Origin: an uncultured Candidatus Micrarchaeota archaeon
GTDB lineage: Archaea > Micrarchaeota > Micrarchaeia > Micrarchaeales > Micrarchaeaceae
Direction: 5' to 3'
DNA: 64,000 nucleotides
Assembly: GCA_963741095.1 (NCBI GenBank)
Contig: CAVUGN010000009.1
Coordinates: 32,001 to 96,000, forward strand
A model generated the notes under the pieces. It ran no database searches. It was not told the DNA's origin and saw nothing but the letters and a program-made list of their open reading frames with translations. Positions 9,402 through 19,042 of this stretch are shown here, one piece after another; within the stretch, counting starts at the first letter, position 1, and each line of letters opens with the position of its first letter. The position numbers and the translations under genes were made by a program.

Positions 9402-11606
9402 ATGATACAAACGAAAAGCAACTTCAAGGGATTCGTCTTCACCCTAGACGCGATATTCGCGCTCATAGTGGCAGTTGCAAGCATCTCCATACTGATGTAC
9501 GTGCACTTCAGCAGCACATTACTCTACACTGCACCTGCAGCCGAGGCGTCCAGCATCCTTCAGAACCTCATGCAGACAACTGTTTACTCCGCATCGCTGG
9601 GCAACGTGTACGCCAGCTACCTGTTGAATTCATGGCAAGGGAATACCTATACCTGGCCGCAGTTTGGGCATGACCAGTACCATTCGTCGAACAACAGCTA
9701 CGGGCCACAGACGGCTTCGCTGCTCTACACGTTCTCGGCACCATACCCGATCGTTCCATCTGTCGCGGTTGATCAAGGTGTTGTTGCCTTCGGCGCGGGC
9801 ACGTACCTTTACGCGCTCAACGCGACGACCGGCGCCCCGCTCAACACGTACCCGCTCATAAATGTAGGGGCGGTGCAGGTTACACCACTCATATACAAGA
9901 ACGAGATAGTCTACACCTGCCCAATCGGCTGCATAATTGCGGAAAGCATATCCAATTCGCTGTTGCAGCTATGGAGCACGGAGCTGAGCACGGACGTGTC
10001 CACACCTCTCCAGATAGAAGACGGCTACCTCGTCGCAGGCACTTCCAACAGCATATATCTTTTGTACCCGCAGAATGGCACCACCGCTGCTTCTGTCACC
10101 GTGCCGGCGGCTAGCACAGTGCAGCCACCTGTCTACATCAACGGCGAATTCATAGTGACTACCGGCAAGCCCGGCGTGCAGAACTACATCTACGCGTATG
10201 TGCTCACCGGGGGCACTCTGACAAACGTCTGGAGCTACCCGCTCAAGATCGCGCAGACCACTCAGCCAGTGGTGAACGGAAGCGTGATAGCTGTGGGCAG
10301 CGGGAGCTCACTCTACACATTTAATCTTGACGGGACTCTGATAAAGCAAAACGTTCTTCCCAACGCACAGATCGTCGGATTGGCATCATCAACCAACAAC
10401 TTCTATGTCGAGACCGTCAATGCAATCTACCGCTTCTCGCCTTCGGGCAGCACAATATTCTCATACCCGACAATAACCGACAACCAGAACTCGACGCCGT
10501 CCGTGAGCCCTCCAATATTGTACACGCTGGTGAGCGGCACCAACTATCAGGGCTACAACATCCAGGCCGGCACGAACATATGGAACGTTTCGCTCCCGTA
10601 CGCATCAGCCTACACGGGCTACTCTGCTGTTGCTCTTGCTTACGGCAACGCCTATGTGGTAAACGGCAATACGCTGTATGTCTTCGGCACACCCGAAGCG
10701 CAGCCAAGCGACAGTCTGTTGCAGACCGTTACCCGCATGTACCTGAACAACGAGAGCGCCTACTCCAATCTAATGTTGAACAAGATATACAACTCGTCGA
10801 ATGTGGGCCTCTTCATCAATGGCACCTATGCGCCAACATTAAAGACCGCAAGCTTCAACGGCGCGAACAGCCATATCAATATAGGGAAGATAAATCAGGA
10901 GACATCCAACAATCCGATATCATTTACGGTTTGGTTCTACACGGCTTCACTTACGAGTAGTTATCCGATGCCATTCGGCGACACCATCAATAGTCCACGA
11001 GACGGATATGACCTGTTTATCAGCGGGCCAGGCAGTGGGTCGAACGGCATCGTTGGCGCAGAAAGATTCTGGGGCACAGCAGGGTGTCTTTCCTGCGGTA
11101 TTGGCATAGGAACACCAAGTCCAATATCAATGAACACCATCTATTTCGCGACTTTGACCTACGACGGCAGCACATTCAAATTCTATTTGAATGGCGCTTT
11201 GGTTGGTTCGTTTGCAACGACAAACTCCATAACCCCCGATTCAATAATGAGCATCGGAGCCGCCAGCGGCTACGGATATATCTGGGACGGTAGTATTTCA
11301 AACGTCCAGATCTACAACATCGCTCTTTCCTCATCGCAGGTAGCGCAGCTCTACCAGAGTGGGCAGTACGGAATGCCGGTCAGCATGCAAAACCTCATAG
11401 GCTGGTGGCCACTCGAAGGCGATACAAACGACTACAGCGGTTACAACAACGTCGGCATACCCACTTCTGTGACCTTCCAGAGTTCGAATGCGCTTCCCGC
11501 ATCCCTCAAAAATGCGTTCCAGATAAGCAAGGCTACAACGCCGCTCAGCATCACGTCAAACGGCGTCAACAAACTCTACAACGTGAGCGTGGTGTCATGG
11601 AGATAA
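9402..11606 (+). CDS. Class III signal-peptide protein with PQQ-like beta-propeller and one LamG module
   Basis: KG-FVFTLDA N-terminus; WPQFGHD and LYALNATTG propeller motifs; C-terminal ASFNG...ISNVQIYN...GWWPL. Confidence 0.82.
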   Translation: MIQTKSNFKGFVFTLDAIFALIVAVASISILMYVHFSSTLLYTAPAAEASSILQNLMQTTVYSASLGNVYASYLLNSWQGNTYTWPQFGHDQYHSSNNSYGPQTASLLYTFSAPYPIVPSVAVDQGVVAFGAGTYLYALNATTGAPLNTYPLINVGAVQVTPLIYKNEIVYTCPIGCIIAESISNSLLQLWSTELSTDVSTPLQIEDGYLVAGTSNSIYLLYPQNGTTAASVTVPAASTVQPPVYINGEFIVTTGKPGVQNYIYAYVLTGGTLTNVWSYPLKIAQTTQPVVNGSVIAVGSGSSLYTFNLDGTLIKQNVLPNAQIVGLASSTNNFYVETVNAIYRFSPSGSTIFSYPTITDNQNSTPSVSPPILYTLVSGTNYQGYNIQAGTNIWNVSLPYASAYTGYSAVALAYGNAYVVNGNTLYVFGTPEAQPSDSLLQTVTRMYLNNESAYSNLMLNKIYNSSNVGLFINGTYAPTLKTASFNGANSHINIGKINQETSNNPISFTVWFYTASLTSSYPMPFGDTINSPRDGYDLFISGPGSGSNGIVGAERFWGTAGCLSCGIGIGTPSPISMNTIYFATLTYDGSTFKFYLNGALVGSFATTNSITPDSIMSIGAASGYGYIWDGSISNVQIYNIALSSSQVAQLYQSGQYGMPVSMQNLIGWWPLEGDTNDYSGYNNVGIPTSVTFQSSNALPASLKNAFQISKATTPLSITSNGVNKLYNVSVVSWR

Positions 11607-14600
11607 TACCCAAAAGCCGCAAGGGAATAATGCTCACGCTCGCCACTGTGGTCCTTTTCGTGCTCATGCTCGCAGAGCTCGTTACCTATGTGTCATTGAA
11701 CATAAACTACAACACAATCGTATCGAGCGCGTCTGCGGTTACTGGCGGTGCATCCGCGATTACGACCCTGAATTCTGCAGTTCCAGTATTCTTACACCAA
11801 AGTCTCCAAAATGCGCTGAGTGCACTTCTACAATACGAAGGCACGCCTACTTTAAGGAAAGACCATTTCATCAACAACACCGCTTACGCATTGCAGTCGC
11901 TCATGTACAATGGAACCATAGCCAATGGAACAAGCTCTGGATACTTCAACGGGCAGAACACCTATATCGATGTTGGGAATGCAGTAAGTCTTAACCCTAC
12001 AACTGCGATAACGATGGTTTTATGGGTAAAGCAATTTTCACAAGCTAACGGTGTGAGTTCTCAATGTTGGCAATGGCGCGCTCTCCAGAAGACATGGGTC
12101 ACCTATAAGGGATATGGTATCCAAGTTGGGTGTGCTGAGATAGATGCTTTATTTGGTAATGATATTAGCTGGCAAGAGTACCAGGGTTCCACCTACAGCT
12201 TAAACACCTGGCATCAGTTAGTAGTAACTTACCAAAATTATGGGAATACTTACGGCTATTTGGACGGAAAACTGAATTATGGACCTATACCAGTGACTAA
12301 TTTAGACCCTGGTCCAGGAGACCTACAAATTGGTGGACCATCAGCATCAGGAAACTGGTACAATGGTCTTATCTCCAACGTTCAAGTCTACAACGTCGCG
12401 CTCACGGTGAATCAAGTAGCGCAACTATATGCAGAGGGCATCAACGGTGCACCAATTATGTCTGCAAACAATGTCGGCTGGTGGCCTCTCAACAGCGATA
12501 CGCTAGACTACTCTGGTAACGGCAACAACGGCGTCCCGACAAACTTAATGTACAATAGCGTGCTTTCTTACACGAGCTTTGGTATGCTTAATTCGACATT
12601 CAGCGGCTTCATGAATCGGATGACAAATCAAATATCCAACGACGGCTTCAATGTGGTCATAACAAACGCTACTCTGAATGTTTTCCAGAACTCGCCATTC
12701 ACGATAAGTGCTAATTATACTGCGCTTGCTGTGGTCAACTCCACACGCGGTCTCTTCACATTCCCGTTAGAATCAACCACTAGCGTCTCGCTCAATGGAA
12801 CACAGAGCCTCTACGGTCTCGAAGCAGGCGACCCGTTCACAATAAAGCCGCAGCCAAACCTCCCTAAGGCGGTGCTCGTAGGCAATGTTCTTGCCATGTC
12901 CAGTAATACAGGAGCAAACTTCAACGGCGGAAGTTCATACATGACATTGCCAAACATGGCCAGTGCGGTTGTAGGTCTTTCCCAACTAACCGTTAGCGTA
13001 TGGGTGAAACCTTCCGTAGCGTTTGGCGGCAGAACAGAATTCTTAACGGATTGCGCCAACGAATTCTTCCTCGCTGCTGATGCAAATGGCAACCAGGAAG
13101 GGGACATGTGCGTGAACACTGGCGGCGCTTGGTACTGTTATGCTACCACAACCACGACAATAAACCCGAACAACTGGTACATGGTGACCGGGGTTTTCAA
13201 CGGCGTTGCGAGCACGCTCAATATCTACCTGAATGGGCAATTAGGCAACGGCGTTACCGTCACTGGTACAATAACCAACGGCGGAGGCAGTGTCACGTTG
13301 GGAGAACCCCAGTGCGACTCTAATTGGTTCTCGGGCAGCATGGCTGACGCCCAGATTTACAACACCGCGCTTTCACCGACCCAGGTCGCAAACCTGTACA
13401 ACGAGGGCATGGGCGGTTCGCCAATCCTTCCGGCGAACAACATAGGCTGGTGGCCGCTCAACGGCAATGCAAACGATTACAGTGGAAACAACAACAACGG
13501 CGCACCAACAAGCATAACCTACACAAACATGTTTTCATACGGCACTGCATATTATGCTAGCGGCACGCCCTCATGTGCATCGATACTCGCGCAATACAAG
13601 AACGCCAACTTCATACTTGTTACGCCCAGTGCGGCGAGCATAACAAGTGACATGTGTGGCATGGGTGGGCTAGTAACATACACACCTCCTTCGCCGTTGC
13701 CTACGGGGCCCTATCTCGTCTATTCAAGCTCGTCCAACGTCGTGAACGTGATAAAGGCGGGTACATCATTACTTTTGAGTGACAGGAGCGTGGGCCTTTT
13801 AAACATCTCAAACCTGCAAAGCGCAATACAGAATGGATACTCTTTCGCCTCACCTTACGTTCCATCATATCTTGACTGGGCTCAGGACAGCCTGACAAAG
13901 AGATCTACCAACGGCATGTTCTCCTTCAATTTGCTTAATCGGCAGATTGCAAGCTTCAACGGGGCAAGCAGCTATATTGATACTGGCTCTTCCGTTTCTC
14001 CAACTACTGCAATTACAGTTACATTATGGATGAATAGTGCTGGAGGCGTACAACAGAATCTGGTCACAGAAGGTCCATCTGGCACAGCATGGAGCTTCCG
14101 ATTTTGGAATATTCTTGCCGAATACATGTTTAGAGTTTCTTTAAATGGCGAATCTCCAGCCTGTGGATACACACCACCAGCGTTACTAACCTTGAATACC
14201 TGGCATCATGTTGGTTTTAGTTACGATTCATCTACTGGAATAGTACGCATATACCTAGACGGAGTCAATGTTCAAACCTGTACGGGTTTCTCAGGTAATT
14301 TGAATACGGGAAGTGATCTCTGGATAGGAAAGGGCAGCAACTACGCTTATTTCAATGGTTTCATCTCTGACGTCCAGATATACAACACTGCTCTAACACC
14401 CTCTCAGATGTCACAACTTTATCAAGAAGGTATAGATCCCATTCCAATAAGTAATGCTGGTCTCATAGGCTGGTGGCCGCTCAACGGAGACTTCAACGAT
14501 TATTCCGGGCAGAACAACAACGGCATAGCTGCAAGCGTGCCGTTCAACAGGCTGAACGACTACCAGGCGGATCCGATTTGGGGCGGATCGCTGTACAACA

Positions 14601-14788
14601 ACAATGCATTGAATTCAAACGCGCTCAATCTAACCGAAGGCGTGCTGAACTGCGGTACGCTTGCACAATGTTACAGCACGAATCTAGAGCATTTGTACCT
14701 TGCAAACCTCTCGCTCACTGGTACCTATTCTTCCGCGTCGACCGAAGCCGCGTCATTGGGTCTTGCAAACTCTATTATGCCCCCTTGA
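11597..14788 (+). CDS. Class III signal-peptide protein with three LamG modules
   Basis: Start reassigned to ATG 11597 (MEIIPKSRKG-IMLTL), overlapping the upstream stop; three LamG repeats. Confidence 0.82.
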   Translation: MEIIPKSRKGIMLTLATVVLFVLMLAELVTYVSLNINYNTIVSSASAVTGGASAITTLNSAVPVFLHQSLQNALSALLQYEGTPTLRKDHFINNTAYALQSLMYNGTIANGTSSGYFNGQNTYIDVGNAVSLNPTTAITMVLWVKQFSQANGVSSQCWQWRALQKTWVTYKGYGIQVGCAEIDALFGNDISWQEYQGSTYSLNTWHQLVVTYQNYGNTYGYLDGKLNYGPIPVTNLDPGPGDLQIGGPSASGNWYNGLISNVQVYNVALTVNQVAQLYAEGINGAPIMSANNVGWWPLNSDTLDYSGNGNNGVPTNLMYNSVLSYTSFGMLNSTFSGFMNRMTNQISNDGFNVVITNATLNVFQNSPFTISANYTALAVVNSTRGLFTFPLESTTSVSLNGTQSLYGLEAGDPFTIKPQPNLPKAVLVGNVLAMSSNTGANFNGGSSYMTLPNMASAVVGLSQLTVSVWVKPSVAFGGRTEFLTDCANEFFLAADANGNQEGDMCVNTGGAWYCYATTTTTINPNNWYMVTGVFNGVASTLNIYLNGQLGNGVTVTGTITNGGGSVTLGEPQCDSNWFSGSMADAQIYNTALSPTQVANLYNEGMGGSPILPANNIGWWPLNGNANDYSGNNNNGAPTSITYTNMFSYGTAYYASGTPSCASILAQYKNANFILVTPSAASITSDMCGMGGLVTYTPPSPLPTGPYLVYSSSSNVVNVIKAGTSLLLSDRSVGLLNISNLQSAIQNGYSFASPYVPSYLDWAQDSLTKRSTNGMFSFNLLNRQIASFNGASSYIDTGSSVSPTTAITVTLWMNSAGGVQQNLVTEGPSGTAWSFRFWNILAEYMFRVSLNGESPACGYTPPALLTLNTWHHVGFSYDSSTGIVRIYLDGVNVQTCTGFSGNLNTGSDLWIGKGSNYAYFNGFISDVQIYNTALTPSQMSQLYQEGIDPIPISNAGLIGWWPLNGDFNDYSGQNNNGIAASVPFNRLNDYQADPIWGGSLYNNNALNSNALNLTEGVLNCGTLAQCYSTNLEHLYLANLSLTGTYSSASTEAASLGLANSIMPP

Positions 14789-14820
14789 TGCGCATGTTCC
14801 TTAATCAGACCGTCTAATCT

Positions 14821-15807
14821 CTAAGCTCCGCCTATGTGGCCGAACAGGTTGCCAACCACCGAGACCATCACCAGGAAGATGGCTATGCCTATGAGCACGA
14901 AGACCGGCAGGAGCCTGATGCCCTTCATAGCCGATCCGGAGTTTATCGCTGAGACTATCAGGCTGGCGAAGGCGCATATTATCACGATGGCCGCTATCGA
15001 GAAGTCATGATAGGCTTCTACCGTTATTGTCGGCGGGCTGGGCTTCAGGAACGATATGCCCGCGGTGGGAAGGCCGCCGGGGTTCTGCGCAAGTATCCCC
15101 TTCCATACTGTGTCGGTGACGACTATCATCTGGCTCGTGAGGCCGTACAGCACCGGCGCGGCTATAAGGGCAGCGAAGAGTATGAATATGCTGTACATCA
15201 GCATCTGACCGGCTATCTCCTTCTGCATCAATTGCTGCTGGCGCATGTCCTTCGATATCTGCATCAGAAGGTCAGCAACGGCTCCTCCGTACCTCAGGGC
15301 CTCGAGAATCATCTTGACTGCATGGTTCAGCTGGTACGACCTGTACCTGGCTGCGAAGGTCCTTATGGCGGTCTCGAAGCTCTCCCCTCCGAAGACCCGC
15401 CGGTTCATCTCCTTCACATCATCGCTGAGGTAGCCGAACTCCGGCTTTGCGGCCATGAGCATGGCCCGGTCAAGGGCGACTCCGCTCCTGAGGTTCGCAG
15501 AGGTTATCTGCAGATAATCCGGCAGCATCTCCTCCAGCTTCGTTTTCCTGCCCTCTATCTGGTACTCCAGTAGCAGGTAGATCACTCCTATGTAGAGCGC
15601 TGCCGCAAGCAGGCCCGCGGCTGCATCCAGCAGCGTGTTCACCTTGAATATGAAGAGCGTGAAAGGCACGATGATGAGTATCGCCAGGGCTCCGAGTATC
15701 GCGACCCTCAGCAGATTCTCGACCGTCGTCTTTATGCCTGCAAGGTCAATCTCGTTGGATATCCTCCTCACAAGGCCTCTTGAGACGAGCCGTTCGAAGG
15801 TTATCAT
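14821..15807 (-). CDS. Type IV pilus/T2SS membrane platform protein (TadC/ArlJ family)
   Basis: LPDYLQITSANLRSG motif, multiple TM helices, downstream of the assembly ATPase. Confidence 0.9.
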   Translation of the reverse strand: MITFERLVSRGLVRRISNEIDLAGIKTTVENLLRVAILGALAILIIVPFTLFIFKVNTLLDAAAGLLAAALYIGVIYLLLEYQIEGRKTKLEEMLPDYLQITSANLRSGVALDRAMLMAAKPEFGYLSDDVKEMNRRVFGGESFETAIRTFAARYRSYQLNHAVKMILEALRYGGAVADLLMQISKDMRQQQLMQKEIAGQMLMYSIFILFAALIAAPVLYGLTSQMIVVTDTVWKGILAQNPGGLPTAGISFLKPSPPTITVEAYHDFSIAAIVIICAFASLIVSAINSGSAMKGIRLLPVFVLIGIAIFLVMVSVVGNLFGHIGGA

Positions 15808-15811
15808 AGCA

Positions 15812-16918
15812 TCACAATGTAAAGACAGGCCTTGAATTCCTTATCATCTGCAGGAATATGATCTGCAGGAATATTAACCCCACTATGACGAACTCAAGCA
15901 CGGAATCGTTCATCGTGAATATCGCGACGAATGTTGTGAGTATCGTGACTACCGCGACTCCCATGCTTGGGAGTATTATCCCGAAGAGCATGTAGAACAT
16001 TGCTATGGCGTTCAGGCTCTGGCCGTACCTGCGCAGTTCTATCACGCGCTCCTCCGCCAGCTGGTCTATGACGCTCTGGAGTGCTCCAACCACATCGGCG
16101 CCTGCCCTTATGCTCACCGATGCCTGCAGCATCATCCTCCTGAACGACTTGCTCTTGGTCTCGCTGACCGTCTGGTCTATCGCATCCTCGAGAGGCGTGC
16201 CCAGCTGAACGCGCTCGACTATCCGTGCGAACTCCTTGCTTGCGTCTCCGTAGCCTACGCTTATCGAGGTTATGGCATTGAACAGCGGCATTCCGGACCT
16301 GAGCGATATTATCATATCCCTTGCGGCGAAGAGGATGTCCCTCTCGATGTTCTTCGATGTCACCTTGCCCTTCTGGGTGGGGTAGTTGAGGAACGTTCCA
16401 AGCGCGGTGTAGAAGATCGATATCCCAAGGACGGCCGAAAACAGCACGGCCGCGAAGACCGACATGCCGAGCTTTATGAACAGGATCAGCATGGCAACGG
16501 CGATGACCACCGACAGGGCGACCGAGGCGATGAGCATGCGCTTCACGAACTCGTACAGGCTCTCCTTTATGCCCTGCTCCCTGAGCGCGGTCTCCAACCC
16601 CTTGTGCTTGGCGCCGATGCTCGATATGTACATCGTCACCCTGTTCGTGTTCTTCGGTGCGCCCGCGGCGGGTCCGGCCTGCTTCTTCGGCGCGGCTGCG
16701 CGGCTCTGCATCCTTGCCGCGAACGTGGCGGTGACCTGCTGAGGCTGCGGCGCAGTTGCCGGCTTGGGTGCGGCCGCGGGTGGCGTGCCGGCGAACCTCG
16801 CAGCGGGCTTCTTCCCGAACAGGGAGGCGGCTATGCCCTTGCGCGGCGGCTCGAGCTCTATGGTCTTGCCGCCGACGTCAATGGTCCTCTTCTTCTTGTT
16901 GAAAATCATGAGTGTCAT
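15812..16918 (-). CDS. Type IV pilus/T2SS membrane platform protein (TadB/C family)
   Basis: ISLRSGMPLFNA...GTPLEDA T2SSF domain; Pro/Ala-rich N-terminus. Confidence 0.9.
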   Translation of the reverse strand: MTLMIFNKKKRTIDVGGKTIELEPPRKGIAASLFGKKPAARFAGTPPAAAPKPATAPQPQQVTATFAARMQSRAAAPKKQAGPAAGAPKNTNRVTMYISSIGAKHKGLETALREQGIKESLYEFVKRMLIASVALSVVIAVAMLILFIKLGMSVFAAVLFSAVLGISIFYTALGTFLNYPTQKGKVTSKNIERDILFAARDMIISLRSGMPLFNAITSISVGYGDASKEFARIVERVQLGTPLEDAIDQTVSETKSKSFRRMMLQASVSIRAGADVVGALQSVIDQLAEERVIELRRYGQSLNAIAMFYMLFGIILPSMGVAVVTILTTFVAIFTMNDSVLEFVIVGLIFLQIIFLQMIRNSRPVFTL

Positions 16919-17535
16919 CTCTTGATCAACGCCAGTGCCTCCCTGAGCCTGTGCTCCCTCATGTTCCAGAGCGACCTGTCCAGCTCGTTCAGGGTCTTCT
17001 TCTCCTTGGCCATCTCCGCGTCCAGCTCCTCCACGTAACGCTTCAGGCCCTCCAGCTCCTGCCTGGCAACCTTGATCTGCTCCCTGTCGAAGCTCTTCTC
17101 CCTGAGCGCTGCAACGATCTGCTCCAATTCCTGTATTTGGTCCGATATCGGGAGGTTAGGGAGCACAAGGTCTTCGATGTCTGCCGTTTTCATCTTCAGC
17201 TCGGTGAACTTCGGCGTCATCTCCTGCATGCCGCCGACTATGCCCTGCATCTCCTTCTTTATGTTTCCGCGCTTCGATGGCTGTCCCGACGCGGCAACCT
17301 CAACCGCCCTGCGCTCCTCCTGCTTCGCCGCCTGCTGCCTTGCCGTCATGACCTTCTGCGGCCTTGCCTCGATCCCGTCAACTATCGCAAGCATCCTGCC
17401 ATAGCCTGGTGCGGGGGCCTCCTGCTCCGTCTCAGAGACTCCGGATATGTCCACGAGGCAGAGCTCCTCCTTCTTGGCGCCCGCCTCAAGCCCTTCTATC
17501 AGGGCCAGCATGTCCTCGTAGCTTGCGTCCGGCAA
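16915..17535 (-). CDS. Hypothetical coiled-coil protein in the pilus operon
   Basis: Co-oriented, overlapping the neighbouring start; Glu/Lys-rich helical sequence. Confidence 0.75.
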   Translation of the reverse strand: MPDASYEDMLALIEGLEAGAKKEELCLVDISGVSETEQEAPAPGYGRMLAIVDGIEARPQKVMTARQQAAKQEERRAVEVAASGQPSKRGNIKKEMQGIVGGMQEMTPKFTELKMKTADIEDLVLPNLPISDQIQELEQIVAALREKSFDREQIKVARQELEGLKRYVEELDAEMAKEKKTLNELDRSLWNMREHRLREALALIKR

Positions 17536-17542
17536 TCAACCA

Positions 17543-19042
17543 CTATTGAAACATCTCCTTCGAGAACTTCGCGTCGCTCGCCGCGGCTTCGATGACCTTG
17601 TTCTTGTCCCTGTAGTAGTTCGCGATCACGAAACCAGCGCCGTCGACGTCGGTTATACTGTTCTTGACCATCCAGTCGAGTATCTTTGTTTTCTCCTGCA
17701 CCTCGTCGTCGATCTCCTTCCTGGCCAATCCACCGTAGAGCTCCAGCGTCTCGGCGAGCCTGGTCATGTTGCTGACGCTGTCGAAATTATCGGTCTTGAA
17801 GTTCCACCTGTCCAGCACGTTGACGTCTCCGCTGTCGAGGACTTCGCCGAACTCGAGAAGCCTTCGTATATCCCTCGTCCTGTGCCTGAAGAGCGTGACT
17901 ATGCCGCCCAATGCGTTCATGTTAACCTTTGGGACGTTGAGCGGCGGGTTTATCATCCTTATGACCGTGTCCCTGGCGTTATCCGCGTGGACGGTGCCGT
18001 ACACCGCATGACCTGTGTGTATGGCCTCGAACAGCGTCTCGGCGTCCTTCTGCGTTCTTATCTCTCCGACAAGCACTATATCCGGACGTTGCCTGAGCGC
18101 GTTTATCATCAACTGGTAGAGCGTGACCTCTCCTTTTCCCTCTGGGTTGGGCTGCCTCGCCAGCATCGGTATCCACTGCAGGAAGTTAGGCAGCGTCAGC
18201 TCCCTAGTTTCCTCGATAGATATCACCCTCCTGTTCGGCGGGAAGAAGATGCTTGACGCGTTGAGGAAACTTGTCTTTCCGCTTGCAGTGCCTCCGGAGT
18301 ACATGAGGCTTATCTCGTTCTGTATGCACAACCAGATTAGCGCGCCGAGCTCGGAATTCAGCGTGTGGTTCTTTATCAGCGCTGTCATGGTCCACGGGTT
18401 CTTCGAGAACTTTCTTATCGTGATCGTGTTACCGTTCTGCGATATCGGCATCAGCGTCGCGTTGACCCTGGATCCGTCGGTGAGCACGGCGTCCATGAGC
18501 GGCGCGAGCCCCGTTATCTCCCTTCCGGTTATCCTGCCTATCTGCGCCGCCTGGTCGTAGACCAACTCGTCGGTCGTCGGCTTTATGCTGGTCTTGCACC
18601 ACTGGTACTTCTTGTGGAAGACCCATATGAAGTCCCTCGACCCGTTTACCGCTATCTCCTCAAGGTTGTCATCGGCCAGCGGCGCCTCGAGGTCGCCGAG
18701 CCCGAGCATCATGTTGAGCACGTACGCTATCAGAAGCCTCTTCACCTCCTGGTCCGGCACCGACATGTACTTGTCTATGAGTATCTCGCTCGCCGATACG
18801 TACTTTTCGTTCAGGTCCTCGATGTAGAGCTTGTCCTGTATCCTCGACGGGTCTATCGGGACCATGGAAAGAAGCTCCTCCCTGAGCGACATGATCATGA
18901 GCTTCGTTGCGGAGCCGATGCCCCTGAACGTGAGGTTGTAGAGCGGTACGAAGTCCGGGGTTTGCACTATGTCTATGTGGACGCGCATGCCGTGCGCATC
19001 AAGATCGTAAGATTCAAGCACCTTGTCCTCAATCATCATCAC
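17543..19042 (-). CDS. Type IV pilus assembly ATPase (VirB11/ArlI/TadA family)
   Basis: DGSRVNA, GGTASGKT (Walker A), SIEETREL, ALRQRPD..LVGEIR and TGH...GTVHA. Confidence 0.95.
   Translation of the reverse strand: MMMIEDKVLESYDLDAHGMRVHIDIVQTPDFVPLYNLTFRGIGSATKLMIMSLREELLSMVPIDPSRIQDKLYIEDLNEKYVSASEILIDKYMSVPDQEVKRLLIAYVLNMMLGLGDLEAPLADDNLEEIAVNGSRDFIWVFHKKYQWCKTSIKPTTDELVYDQAAQIGRITGREITGLAPLMDAVLTDGSRVNATLMPISQNGNTITIRKFSKNPWTMTALIKNHTLNSELGALIWLCIQNEISLMYSGGTASGKTSFLNASSIFFPPNRRVISIEETRELTLPNFLQWIPMLARQPNPEGKGEVTLYQLMINALRQRPDIVLVGEIRTQKDAETLFEAIHTGHAVYGTVHADNARDTVIRMINPPLNVPKVNMNALGGIVTLFRHRTRDIRRLLEFGEVLDSGDVNVLDRWNFKTDNFDSVSNMTRLAETLELYGGLARKEIDDEVQEKTKILDWMVKNSITDVDGAGFVIANYYRDKNKVIEAAASDAKFSKEMFQ

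Noticed and set aside
6590-14530. LamG repeats as DGR targets or a CRISPR-like array
   Set aside because: No visible similarity to the TR; the repeats are in-frame domain borders with irregular spacing of hundreds to thousands of bases.
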